From contig OY970280.1 of assembly GCA_963715865.1 (NCBI GenBank), forward strand, positions 544,001 through 608,000: DNA of 64,000 bases, read 5' to 3'. The notes under the pieces are model-generated. The model had not been told where the DNA came from. It made no database searches and saw only the letters and a list, made by a program, of their open reading frames with translations. The DNA is from Candidatus Bathyarchaeota archaeon. GTDB taxonomy: Archaea > Thermoproteota > Bathyarchaeia > Bathyarchaeales > Bathycorpusculaceae. A program made the position numbers and the translations under genes. Shown piece after piece: positions 43,190 to 53,529 of this stretch. The stretch's first letter is position 1. Each line of letters starts with the position of its first letter.

Positions 43190-43654
43190 TTAACCCGAAG
43201 CCGCTATGGTTGTCGTGTACCCGTAGCTTGTGTTTACAGGAGCATTAGCCAAAACGCTGTCTGTTGCAACTACCGGAATCACTCCGCCTGGAGGCGTATT
43301 CACTGCGCCTAAGAAGTCTATGCCTGCGTAAATGTAGGTGTTCGCGTTAGTTGGAGACCACGCCGACTCGGTAAATGTCCAATTACACGGCGAGTTACCC
43401 ATGTTCTTCATGTAAAACGTGTAGTTCATGCTGCTGTCAGGCGACAAGGTTCCCCAGCTAATTGATGTTAGCGGCTTAGACGCTGCTGTATCTGTGTAGG
43501 CTGCGCAATTAATTGTTTTTACGACTCCAACGTTTCCCGCGTTAGTCACGTTTATTTGAGCGAATATCAAGCCAATTACAACGATAAGCGTGATAACGGT
43601 TCCAATAAGTACGGCTGTTGCAACTTCATAGTTGCTTGACGGTTTCTGAGTCAA
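43190..43654 (-). CDS. Membrane-anchored secreted beta-rich protein
   Basis: N-terminal TM helix; ISWGTLSP, NMGN. Confidence 0.65.
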   Translation of the reverse strand: MTQKPSSNYEVATAVLIGTVITLIVVIGLIFAQINVTNAGNVGVVKTINCAAYTDTAASKPLTSISWGTLSPDSSMNYTFYMKNMGNSPCNWTFTESAWSPTNANTYIYAGIDFLGAVNTPPGGVIPVVATDSVLANAPVNTSYGYTTTIAASG

Positions 43655-43680
43655 TTCAATTCACCTCCGATAACGGTTTT

Positions 43681-43968
43681 TTAGAAAAGCCAACTTTGCC
43701 TTGTGAAATAGGTTCTTTCTTTGACGTAGACGGAACTGAGTTTTGTTGCCGCTGGAGTTGAAGTTGGAGGAGTTGGAGCTGAAGGAATAGGAACAGATGA
43801 TCCAGCCCATTCTTTCAAAGCCAAGATCGCTCCTGCAAGGATAGCGCCGACTACTAAGCCGATTGCGAGCCTGCTGGTTGGAAACCCAGCATAAGCCCAC
43901 CCTGCAAGCGTAGACAGAACCACGCCAAAGAAAACCACTATTGCTTGCTGTGCATCATTCAAAGCCAT
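43681..43968 (-). CDS. Small two-TM membrane protein (holin-like)
   Basis: Two hydrophobic segments, Pro/Thr tail, SD GGAGGTGA. Confidence 0.6.
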   Translation of the reverse strand: MALNDAQQAIVVFFGVVLSTLAGWAYAGFPTSRLAIGLVVGAILAGAILALKEWAGSSVPIPSAPTPPTSTPAATKLSSVYVKERTYFTRQSWLF

Positions 43969-44031
43969 TTAATCACCTCCAATGTACGTGGTAAACAAAA
44001 AACAAAGAAAAAAAAAGAAAAACTAAGGAAG

Positions 44032-45111
44032 CTACAGTGTAACAGCCGGCATCACAGGAATGGGGAACAGTCCGAGTATGCGAAAGTTCTTCACGAATCC
44101 CGTATATCCCGCGTCTGAATTAAGCACATACAACGAGATAACATCGTTCATATTGACTGCAACTTGTTGGCTGTATTCGTAATACGTTGTTGTGCTCATC
44201 CCACAATCAGATCCTACTGCTACTCCGTTTTGGTATAATTTACCGGATACCCAATGACCAGAAGTTCCAGCCTTCTCTGAAAAGTTAATCCTAATCGTAC
44301 CCTTGAAGTATCCAACATTAAACTCTTTGACCTTATGGTAAGTCTGCCCATCAGGACCATTTATCTCAGCATCGTTTGACAGCAAAATGTTTGTTACAGA
44401 ATCAGCGTAAGGCCCACCAACAGCAGCGTACAAAACTGGTAACAGCGCTGGCAATATAGCCGGAATATTCGTGTCCAATTGTGTAGCGATGTCTGCTGGA
44501 ATAAGGTCAGTTTTAGTCTTAACCGCAGCTACGTTTCCGCCAGTTTCCAACGCGACAGAAGCACCGATCAAATCAGTCTTGGCTTTAATCGCTGGAACAT
44601 TGGTGTCAAGTTGAGTAGCTGTATCTGCAGGAAGAAGATCAGTTTTCGCTTTGATTGCTGCTACGTTGCCTCCTGTCTCGAGAGCAATACTTGCGCCGAT
44701 AAGGTCGGTCTTGGCTTTGATAGCTGGAACATTGGTGTCTAACTGTGTACTTGTATCTGCTGGTAATAGGTCGGTTTTAGCCTTGATGGCTGCAACGTTA
44801 CCCCCTGATTCAAGAGCAACCGACGCGCCTATCAGGTCTGTTTTAGCCTTGACCGCAGCTACGTTTCCGCCGCTTTCCTTAGCAACAGTAGAATCTTTAG
44901 CTACCGTAGAATCCTTGGCAACGGTCGAATCTTTGGCTAAAACTGTAGAACCTTCAATTTGACTTAAAGTTGCTCCTACGCACGTCGCACCGCCGCCTCC
45001 ACCGCCTGCAGCAACCGCGACGTTAAGGTTCCCGTTAGCATCCGTGCTTAGCTGCTTTATTGATCCATCAGGATTAATTACTTCAATTTTAGCAACTACT
45101 TCTTGACTCAT
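44032..45111 (-). CDS. Fibre-like virion protein with internal tandem repeats
   Basis: AKDSTV x3, then ~3 x 44-aa GASVALE.GGNVAA.K.KTDL.PAD..TQLDTNVPAIKAKTDLI. Confidence 0.7.
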   Translation of the reverse strand: MSQEVVAKIEVINPDGSIKQLSTDANGNLNVAVAAGGGGGGATCVGATLSQIEGSTVLAKDSTVAKDSTVAKDSTVAKESGGNVAAVKAKTDLIGASVALESGGNVAAIKAKTDLLPADTSTQLDTNVPAIKAKTDLIGASIALETGGNVAAIKAKTDLLPADTATQLDTNVPAIKAKTDLIGASVALETGGNVAAVKTKTDLIPADIATQLDTNIPAILPALLPVLYAAVGGPYADSVTNILLSNDAEINGPDGQTYHKVKEFNVGYFKGTIRINFSEKAGTSGHWVSGKLYQNGVAVGSDCGMSTTTYYEYSQQVAVNMNDVISLYVLNSDAGYTGFVKNFRILGLFPIPVMPAVTL

Positions 45112-45119
45112 TTTTCATG

Positions 45120-45233
45120 TCACCTCGTCGCCGCAATGGCAATTTTAAGGTTTCCATTTGCATCAGTGCTTAACTGTTTTTGCGTGCCGTCAGGATTGAC
45201 TAGCACAAATTTCGCTACGATTTCTTGACTCAT
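45120..45233 (-). CDS. 37-aa mini-paralogue of the fibre N-terminus
   Basis: MSQEIVAKFVLVNPDGTQKQLSTDANGNL vs MSQEVVAKIEVINPDGSIKQLSTDANGNL. Confidence 0.65.
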   Translation of the reverse strand: MSQEIVAKFVLVNPDGTQKQLSTDANGNLKIAIAATR

Positions 45234-45259
45234 TTCAAACTTCAACTCTTTGTTTTTCT

Positions 45260-46024
45260 TTAATCGACCATTAAAGGTCTTTTCTGCGGAACCTGACTCG
45301 CAAGCTTAGATTCGCCGATTTTAGCGACCGTAGCAACGTTTGTTAAGGCTCCGCGAAATTCTGATTCAAAAGCTTGAATTGCAGCAAGGTAAACTTCCTT
45401 AGTTACATTAGCCCTAGTCACCAAAAGATCGCCAAGACGGTAATCGAAAGCGCCTTGCAGCGCACCGCCCGAAGCCGTAACAAGAATTCTACGGCACGCT
45501 AAAGCAACAGCCGCTTGAATGCAAGCACGGTACTTTTTGCTTTTAGGATCAACCTGATCCGTCAAGCTGTCAACGTACCCATTAGCAAAGTTGATATGCG
45601 ATAAAACAGCGACTTGAGCTATAGGAAGCCCAAACACCATAAAAGTTTTAGACGCTGAATCAAACGTCATCTGCAAAGCGTTCACTACAGCCCGCTCATC
45701 AGCATAAACGGCAGCACCTGCTTTAAGAGAATCCACAACTAAAGCCGGGTAATCTTTAACTTGCGTAAAATTGGATAATGTACCCGTAACTTGAATCATC
45801 CATAAACCTGTCGGAGCATCGCCCGCGAGATTATACAAAAACTGATACATCCCAACGCTTTTTTTCGTTAAGTTAGAAAGACTTTGCGTCGCGACAGTTC
45901 CACCATTCGGATCAATGATTATTACAGAAACTGTAGTCGGATCAAACAAACTTCCATTTTGATCCTTGAACGTAAATATTTTGGCGACTGTACCGCCAGG
46001 ATTCAAACTTTCACTCATCAACAT
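45260..46024 (-). CDS. Head-tail adaptor-like protein with N-terminal Ig-like domain
   Basis: Directly after MCP; YADERAVVNAL...HINFANGYVD. Confidence 0.6.
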   Translation of the reverse strand: MLMSESLNPGGTVAKIFTFKDQNGSLFDPTTVSVIIIDPNGGTVATQSLSNLTKKSVGMYQFLYNLAGDAPTGLWMIQVTGTLSNFTQVKDYPALVVDSLKAGAAVYADERAVVNALQMTFDSASKTFMVFGLPIAQVAVLSHINFANGYVDSLTDQVDPKSKKYRACIQAAVALACRRILVTASGGALQGAFDYRLGDLLVTRANVTKEVYLAAIQAFESEFRGALTNVATVAKIGESKLASQVPQKRPLMVD

Positions 46025-46104
46025 TACCTGATTATTTTGATTATTTTGATTTTAAAAAATAAAAAAAAGGGAGTAAAGTTTTTGTGCTTTTTGTGCTATT
46101 GCGT

Positions 46105-47093
46105 TTAGCTTGTTAGACAGTTCGTAATTTTGGCTATGCATTCACCGTTCGTGATTACCGGCGCGTATCTTGTCGTTAAAATTGGCTTAACAAGTTCTTT
46201 GCTCTTGAGCAATTCAACATCAGTGGTCAATGGGCGTTTTAATTCTCTGGTGCTATTGAGGAACAAGCCTGTTCCTTATGGCTACCATCTAAGAAAAATC
46301 CAAGCGGCGCTTGCACTTAATCATAAAAGGCTGCTATGGTTGCCTTCTGATTAATATATGCCGCGCTTAGGTTTTTGCCCGTACTGATGCAATACACTGT
46401 ACCCGCAGGCACAACGTTGCTCCAGCAAAGTTCCCATTCGCCAAGCATCTGCATTGGTTTCTGGGTAATTGGGCTGATAACGTCGTGGTATAAGCTGTAG
46501 TTCGGCAAGTTTTTGATGTCTCGTTTTTGCACTGGATTGCAAAGTATCGTATCCATCAGGAAGTCAGCTTTATTGATTAATGCTTCTGCATTATTGAAAT
46601 CTTCCATACCAGGCGTGCCTGCCTTCGTGAATTCAGTGCCTGTGACAGTGATAGTTTTGCCTGTGCAAGCGTTACTGTTTGCTCCTGGGCATGCCAGATC
46701 AATGACGCCTGAGCAATCTAATTCGATTTGGAAGGCCAACCGCCTCGCAAGTCTTTTGAGTTGCTGGTTAATCACTGGTAGGTCAACGTCTTCAACGACT
46801 TCCTTGGGGATTTCAACGGATTCGCCGCGTTTATACGGGCTTATGGTAACGTAAGACATCGGTGTATAGTCAACTGGAACTGCAGTGCCAGGCGCGATTT
46901 CGCTAATTCCCGTGCTTCTTACACCTGCTTCTTTAACGTAAGTTTTTGTCCTTCCAGATTTTAAGACGTCGTCAGTGAACAGCCGCTTCGTTATCAAGTT
47001 TGGCATAGTCAACTCAAGAATTACCTGATGCAATTCGGGGTACTGAATGGCTGCTGAATCAACAAATGCTAAAGCATCTTCATTAAAACTCAT
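46105..47093 (-). CDS. Major capsid protein (HK97-like); complement join(46105..46241,46289..46310,46356..47093), 298 aa
   Basis: Follows protease and cement genes; ISPYKRGESVEIPKEVVED...LARRLA; spliced C-terminus AAYAPLGFFLVKRPLTTDVE...TRYAPVITNGECIAKIT. Confidence 0.88.
46242..46288 (-). other. MCP intron 2 (47 nt, canonical BHB)
   Basis: TTTT/AAAA outer helix, TCTT/GAGA central helix, AGA and ATT bulges, TGGT/ACCA plus AGGAACA/TGTTCCT inner stems. Confidence 0.9.
46311..46355 (-). other. MCP intron 1 (45 nt, canonical BHB)
   Basis: GCG/CGC outer helix, GCAT/GTGC central helix, ATA and AAG bulges, TTAATCA/TGATTAA inner stem; in-frame TAA. Confidence 0.9.
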
Positions 47094-47114
47094 GTTTGTT
47101 TTTTCCTCCTGTGT

Positions 47115-47564
47115 TTATCCGAAGATTATCTGCACTTGAGCGTTGGCTACTCCGCCAATTACTACAACGCCCCTTCGGTTTTGCTGAGCGTTGATGGCTG
47201 CTGCGACTTTAGTTTCATCTATGCCGCTGGTGTCAAGATCTCCGGCGACATATGTGTGCATTAAAGCGATACCCGCGTTGCCTGATGTGATGACGTTGCC
47301 TGCTACGAGAGTTACGCCTGACGTGTTTTTGCAGCGTATTCTGTGGCCGAAAACGTACACGTTGAGAGCTCCGTTTCCGCCTTTCGCAACTGACTGAACG
47401 AATCCGACAAACGCTGGATTTGCGCCTGCGCATAAGCTAACTTTGTTGTCGCTTGAAACGTAAACTGGGTCGCCAACTGCTGGGCTTGTGTAACCTGAAT
47501 CAGGGAAGAATGTCTGCTCTAGGTCTGGAACAACTTTTGGTCCTGAACCTTCAAAATAAGCCAT
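47115..47564 (-). CDS. Capsid cement/decoration-like protein
   Basis: 149 aa, Gly/Ala/Val-rich beta pattern, between scaffold and MCP. Confidence 0.65.
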   Translation of the reverse strand: MAYFEGSGPKVVPDLEQTFFPDSGYTSPAVGDPVYVSSDNKVSLCAGANPAFVGFVQSVAKGGNGALNVYVFGHRIRCKNTSGVTLVAGNVITSGNAGIALMHTYVAGDLDTSGIDETKVAAAINAQQNRRGVVVIGGVANAQVQIIFG

Positions 47565-47566
47565 TT

Positions 47567-48646
47567 TTATTCCTCCTCTTCCTCGTGCACAGTTAAGTCG
47601 GCAGTTAAGCCGCCCATGCGCTTCGCAGCAGCCGCCAATTCAAGGCCTGCTTTTTGCAAGTTACCTTTTCTGGCGAATATGTTGTTTAGCCTTTGAGCAT
47701 CATCTAAGGGAGCATTCAAGCTTCCAACTGTACCTTTACCTGTTGGTTTAGGTCTAGGCACTAATGCTGCTACTGCCGCTTTAACGTCTGCTTCCAATTT
47801 TGCTTCATGTTTAGTCATTGCTTCCGCGATTGCAGCTTTGCATGCATCCAGAATTTGCGTTGTGTTCTTAGTCATTTCCTGCACAAAATCGTCGTACGTC
47901 AATTCCGCGCCAGCTTTCGTTGGCGCCATTGGAACCTGTGGTGGTACTATCGGTGTTTCTGGTGGTTCTGTTGGTTTTGCACTCATTTGTTTTTTTTCTC
48001 CTATTTTTATTGTTTGGTTAAACTCGGGTTTGCCGAGCTGTACCTTTGATTTAAGCTCCTTGATGCCGCATGGACACTTTGACTTATCCGCGCACTCGCA
48101 GACTGAAGCTATCAATGTCTTGCGCTGCGATTCATCCATTGCAGCAGCGAACCCTTTCGGACGGAACTTACTGTTTTTATATGCGCCCTCTGCAACGATG
48201 GAAAGTTCAACGCACTGCGGCTTATGCACTATCTCGTAAGCACCAGCACACAAGTGAACCATAACCATGTTGTCGTCTCTTGTTCTGCCACTGCACAAAC
48301 TGCAGACTATTTCGTTGGAAACAACTTTAGGGCTCACCATAGTCAAATATTTTTTTTGAATCTGCGTTAAAAGCACGGGGTCGCTGGAAACTTCAGCCTC
48401 AAACAAAACCTTGTTTCCATCACGCCGAGCTTTCCTAACCAAGCCTTTAACGTCGCAAACGTCAGTTCCATGATCTATTCGAACCTGCACGCCAGTAAGC
48501 GTAGCCGCAAAATAATCCAAATCTTCCGGCGGTACCTGCCAATTATTCTTGTTAATGGAAACGTCGATAGCTTCGCCTTCGATAATTATGGTTTTTTGGA
48601 TTTCATCAAGGCTTGCCTGGACGTCCACATCGTATTTTAATTCCAT
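47567..48646 (-). CDS. Prohead protease-scaffold fusion
   Basis: VRIDHG...VKG, VELSIVAEGAY; coiled C-terminus. Confidence 0.75.
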   Translation of the reverse strand: MELKYDVDVQASLDEIQKTIIIEGEAIDVSINKNNWQVPPEDLDYFAATLTGVQVRIDHGTDVCDVKGLVRKARRDGNKVLFEAEVSSDPVLLTQIQKKYLTMVSPKVVSNEIVCSLCSGRTRDDNMVMVHLCAGAYEIVHKPQCVELSIVAEGAYKNSKFRPKGFAAAMDESQRKTLIASVCECADKSKCPCGIKELKSKVQLGKPEFNQTIKIGEKKQMSAKPTEPPETPIVPPQVPMAPTKAGAELTYDDFVQEMTKNTTQILDACKAAIAEAMTKHEAKLEADVKAAVAALVPRPKPTGKGTVGSLNAPLDDAQRLNNIFARKGNLQKAGLELAAAAKRMGGLTADLTVHEEEEE

Positions 48647-48693
48647 TTTTGCTTTACCCGCCCATAACTTTCAAAAAACGTCTTTCTAGTGCA

Positions 48694-50075
48694 CTAGAAA
48701 GTGATTTTTGTCGGCATTTGCTTTTGATTTCCCTGGTTCTCGCCAAAATTATCGAAAGTAGATTGCTGCGGCTGCTTCAAGTTACCGCTGATCGTTTCTG
48801 GTAAGCCAAGTTCAGCGCGGGCTTCCGTGTTGCCCATAAGCATGCCATTATATAAATCGAGAACACGCTGCATTTTCACGTCTGTCGGCGGCTCCCAAAT
48901 AGGCTTCCACTTCATCCTCGGAATTTTATCCGCAGTTATCAGGCTTTCAGGAAAATCGCCGCGCAAAATTAACGGAAACAACTGCGTCTCGTAAACGCCG
49001 CTTTTGTGTTTTTGGCGCATTCTGAGCCGCGTAATAAATTCCTGCATGACCACTTCCGCAGTTGCTCTATTCGTGCCTTCACTTTCGCCTAGGAATATTT
49101 TGGGTACGCCAAGCTGGGAATCACGCTGCCGCTCCAAATATTGAATCCACCATTCCACCCTAAGATCGCGAGTCATCGAGCCCTGAGGCGTAACCTTGAC
49201 CTCTCCACTCAAAACCAAATCCGTACCTTGATCGCGCTGTGACACTTCGATCCAAAAGCGCCTGCATTTTTTCAGCGCTCCACGGCTGCTGCTGCACCTA
49301 CAGCTCCGTCTCCACCGCATGAAAGCACAAGCATAGGCTTCGTGTAAACCTTCATTATTTTAGCCATATCAACTTGAAAATCATCAATCAAGGCTTGAAC
49401 ATGAAGAATTGAACGTAACGCAGAAGTTCCATAGGCATTTTCAAACCGCCACGATTTAACACCATTTAAAGTCCTGTAAATTTCTTCAGGATCAAAAATG
49501 ACTGGTGGATAAGAAGTAAGTTGAGCATAGCCAAAAATGTTCTTATAGCAATCTTGGCGAATTCGCATATCGCACGGATCCAAAGTTTTCAGCCATTCCA
49601 CGCGGCTTGAATCTTCATCCATGCACGGCTCCGTATAGCTTGAACCAAAGACCAAAGCATCAGTTTCCTCACTGCGCATAGTTGAAAGTAGATCATGCGA
49701 CTCAATCCATTCTTCCAAAAAATCTCGGAAAGTAGCTGTTCCGCCTTCGAGAACAAAGCCGTTAGAAATTGTTAAGATTAACCTAACATCAACGATAGCT
49801 TGAATTCGCGGAGTAAACGAGTACAAAGCCTTGTACTTCGGCAAATCCTCGATTGGAGTAACTCCCCAAATGCGATCCCAAAGCGACGTATAAGGACTGC
49901 TGACAAAGCCTATACCAGCCGCCTTCAAAGTGTAGTTGTTAACGTACTGCATAAGATTCCAGTCGCCGCGCCAAGCCACAGGAACTTCCCTTTCACGCTG
50001 CGCAACGGCTATTTCATTTGGCACGTTACGCAGCGGATTAGGCATAGTCAGCGACAAATCTTTCCTAAGCGGCAT
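48694..50075 (-). CDS. Portal protein; frame broken near 49250-49300
   Basis: Continuous portal-like sequence across ORFs 49272-50075 and 48694-49320 (LKTLDP, YGTSALRS, LGVPKIFLG, EARAELG). Confidence 0.82.
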
Positions 50076-50089
50076 TTACATTTTTTCAC

Positions 50090-50302
50090 CTACTGCTTTT
50101 TCCTCGGTTTCTTTTCTTCTTCAACGTCGGCGGTTATTTGCAAGTCATCCAAAACAACGTCTTGCATCAAGTCAACACCGTTAATTTTTACGTGCAACTT
50201 ACCCATCCGCACGTTTGCAACTTCAATACCAAGAACCTTAACGATTTCGTCCTTGGCATTTGCAGACAACAAAGTTTTTTCCATTTTAATCATCATCATC
50301 AA
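50090..50302 (-). CDS. Small hypothetical protein
   Basis: 70-aa ORF between terL and portal. Confidence 0.5.
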   Translation of the reverse strand: MMMMIKMEKTLLSANAKDEIVKVLGIEVANVRMGKLHVKINGVDLMQDVVLDDLQITADVEEEKKPRKKQ

Positions 50303-51630
50303 CTATTTTTTTCCTGATCACTGCGACGCCAACGCCTGAGGAAGGCAACGGAGACCGCGCAGCACCATAACACGCCAAAGCCATGCTCCAGAAGACATCA
50401 TCATGCCCGCCTTCAGGATGACTAAACCGCAAATGCCCCGTCTTCATCAACTCGTACTTTTCAATGTTCAATTCAGCCGTCAAATCAACATCTTCAATCT
50501 TTCGGGCTGGAACATAAGGAATCTTCACTTCACCGCCACGCATCTTCTCACGCAATATCGTGGCCATCTCCTCTTTGACTTTGAACCGTGAAAGTCACGC
50601 CCAGCAACGCCCTGGATTCCGCTGCGCACCATATCCTCAACAATATAGTTGCCAACACCGGTAACATCCGCATACACGGCTCGAATCGTTTTCCAACGGT
50701 CCTGCAGGCTCTTAATGTACCCGATTACTGAAGCATATTCGGTCTTAAGCGGAAAACGGTGAACATGAATCACCCGCAACAACGACCCTTGCTTCTCAAC
50801 CACCAGGACCACACTGAAATCCTGTTCCTTGCCAAAATCTACGCCAACATAAAACTCGCCTTGAGGCAAGGCCTGAAAATCAAGAGGCTGCAAGTTACTG
50901 TCAATACAGGTAACAATAAGGCTCTGCGTAAGCCAAGCATCAACATCCTCAACGAATTCAGCCATAAACTCCCGCTGAAAACGCTCAAACGGCAACTGAG
51001 ACCGCATCTCATCAATAAAACTCTGCTTAACAAGCCCGCTGCGCACAACATCCTCGCAGGTTATAGCATGCTTACTAAAATCTTTGCTCTGACACATACG
51101 GTAAAAAACGCTGTCTTTACTCCAAGGCGTGCTCAGGCGATCAAGGCGCCATCCGTCGTAGATAGCATCGGATAAAGCACATTATAGAAAACGAGCTCAT
51201 CATCCTTGAAGAACGCGCTCTCGTCAGCAAATAACTTGGTGCGCAGTGTAACCCCTGAGCATCTGAGGACTATTAGGCAAAGCAACAATACGCGATACCA
51301 TTCTTGAACCGAACAGTCGTTCTTTGCAACTTATCAACAAGTATCAATCTGCTTTTCTTTCGGTAAGCTCGCCGAGAAAGTCTTGAATGCGATCGGACAT
51401 AATCATGCTCTGCCGCAACAGTCGGCGCCACAATCAACGTCAACGTCTTCGGATAGCGTCAAGCGCAAACCAAATCGCCCTCAAAGCAATACACGTGGTT
51501 TTCCCAGCTTGCCTACTCCAGCGAACACAATCCGCTTGCTCTCATCCCGCAGAAGCTCAGCCTGATAAGCCTTAACATCAAAGCCAAAGAAGTCCCCAGC
51601 AACAAACAAAACTGGATCTTCAGGAGTCAC
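50286..51630 (-). CDS. terL: Terminase large subunit; many single-base frameshifts
   Basis: Reconstructed SRQAGKTT, LIVAPT.RQS, DESAFF, STPW, REFMAEF, YVGVDFG..D, HDDVFWSMALA. Confidence 0.88.
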
Positions 51631-52045
51631 TGAGCTTTGGAGCTGCCTCCTGCTGGTTTTGCTGCTCCTTGAACTGCTTGATTTCCTTGATTTCCGCGCT
51701 CAACTGATTGAGCTTCTTGATCTCATCAACCAACTGCTCCAACTTCGCTAAATCCTCATTAAACTGACGCTCATCATACCCTCGCGCCAAATTACCCATA
51801 ACCAACGCGACATGAGCTGCAATATGAGCCCACATCTGCCGTTGCTTAGGCGTTATCAATTCCTCTTTCCCACCAACCCTTTGAGAAGTAACCTTGCCCA
51901 CAGCAATTGATGTTGCAAGAGTAAACAACTCATCCAACTTATCAATCCACTTTGACCTGAGGACTTGCGTATCACGCCTCGCGGTTCGCTGAAGCTGGAA
52001 AATACGCCTCTTAACCAGAACAGTAAACCCAGGATTACCCCTCAC
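51620..52045 (-). CDS. Possible terminase small subunit
   Basis: Helical 141-aa ORF overlapping the terL start; positional call only. Confidence 0.45.
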   Translation of the reverse strand: MRGNPGFTVLVKRRIFQLQRTARRDTQVLRSKWIDKLDELFTLATSIAVGKVTSQRVGGKEELITPKQRQMWAHIAAHVALVMGNLARGYDERQFNEDLAKLEQLVDEIKKLNQLSAEIKEIKQFKEQQNQQEAAPKLSDS

Positions 52046-52134
52046 ACTCTCTATCTCCCAAAGTTTTTTTTAGGTCTTCACACGTCAATAAAGCCTTCCA
52101 GACCTGTTATTGACGTAAAACAACCCAATTTTTT

Positions 52135-52380
52135 TCAACGTTGAAAACTCCCTTGGCCGCGAGAATTAATTAGAACCTCGCCTTTTTCCACGTCAGGCAC
52201 ATCGCTGAGGTGAACAGGTTGAGCTAAGAGCGATAGAACATCTTCCCGAGAAACCTGACTAACAGTTTCACAGACAATCCTATCGTCATAACTTCGCAAA
52301 TAGATTACTCTGCGAATTTGCCTCTGCAACAACTTATCCTTGCTTCGTTTATGTACCATAAAAACTCTTCCGTACGCCAC
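52135..52380 (-). CDS. Small hypothetical protein
   Basis: 81-aa ORF at the head of the late operon. Confidence 0.55.
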   Translation of the reverse strand: MAYGRVFMVHKRSKDKLLQRQIRRVIYLRSYDDRIVCETVSQVSREDVLSLLAQPVHLSDVPDVEKGEVLINSRGQGSFQR

Positions 52381-52662
52381 TCAAAGGCGGCACAAGAACA
52401 CTACTATAGAGGTCAACCCTGAGAAAAACAGTAAGCCCGCCTTGGGAGAGAGACTTACCGCTTTTCCCAAGGCTGCCTATGTACGTAGTAAACCTATCAC
52501 CGCATCCTCTTATATAATTTGCTGTGCCCCAAAACAAGCCCCAAACCCAAAAACCGCCAAAAAACGGGGATTATTCACCGAGTTTCTTCCCTTGCTAGGA
52601 TACTGTAAACTTATTTGTCATGGTGTAGATTTTTTAATGTCTTGAAAATTTCGGATGATAAA

Positions 52663-53199
52663 TTACATATTCTCTGGTTCGATTCCCATTTTCAAAACTA
52701 TATACAAGATTCCTAAAATGCCTATGAATAACAGAACAGAAGAGCTAACAGTTAAAAGAAAAGTCAATTTTAAACTGGGAACTGTTTGAGTAGCATTATC
52801 AATGGTCGCAATTCCGAGTGCCATCATCGAAAAGAAAAAAGAAAAAACTAAGCATACTAGCGAGCTAAAAATAGCCCAAACAGCTTTTCTTTTGTAGTTC
52901 ATAATTTTGTGTTTTCTACTCTCAAGTTTTACCCAGTTGCTAGTTTGGTTAGCTAATCGTTCATCTATTTTGTCAATTTTCTGGTCAATTGAAGTTAAAA
53001 AGTAAACGCTAATAGCCCCAAATAACCCAATTATAGTTGCATCTGCTTCAACCAAAGCTTTCAAAGCATCGGATGATAAGAATATAGCCAAACCGAAAGG
53101 AATTAAATATGCAATTCCTACCGAAACAATAGCTACTAAAATTATTATTGAATTGACAATTTGAATTATTCTTAATCCTGTTGATGTACTGAATTTCAT
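52663..53199 (-). CDS. AT-rich four-TM membrane protein
   Basis: Four hydrophobic segments; lower GC than its neighbours. Confidence 0.65.
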   Translation of the reverse strand: MKFSTSTGLRIIQIVNSIIILVAIVSVGIAYLIPFGLAIFLSSDALKALVEADATIIGLFGAISVYFLTSIDQKIDKIDERLANQTSNWVKLESRKHKIMNYKRKAVWAIFSSLVCLVFSFFFSMMALGIATIDNATQTVPSLKLTFLLTVSSSVLLFIGILGILYIVLKMGIEPENM

Positions 53200-53529
53200 G
53201 TTTTCTTGCTTTTATTGTTTAAGTATTTAAAAACTATCTTGTAACACAAGAAAATCCACCCTTTTTCTTAGTTTATTTTTCTTTTGAGGTTGATTAAAGT
53301 TGAGTTACATTGGTAGAGGCGGTTCAAGTTACGGCAAAAACATTAGGAGAGCGCAAAGGTTTCATGCTAGACGTAGCAACACAACAATTCAATTGAAGTT
53401 CTAAGACGAATTGGTTTTCTAAGTTTTGACGAAAAAAAGGACTGGCAGAATCTTTACAGTCTACTCTCCAAGTTCATCCACACTCCAGAAGAGTTTGTTA
53501 CTCGTATCGAACATGGAGGCAAATTTGAA

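Noticed and set aside
49240-49320. Third viral intron in the portal gene
   Set aside because: A hairpin (AGCGC/GCGCT) exists but no 4-bp central helix with 3-nt bulges; the segment reads as protein (PWSAEKMQALL) with two 1-nt shifts.
50525-51630. terL as a pseudogene, a programmed-frameshift gene or an intron-containing gene
   Set aside because: At least six scattered single-base indels with all conserved motifs intact, no nonsense substitutions and no BHB inserts; this pattern fits unpolished long-read error. Reads would settle it.
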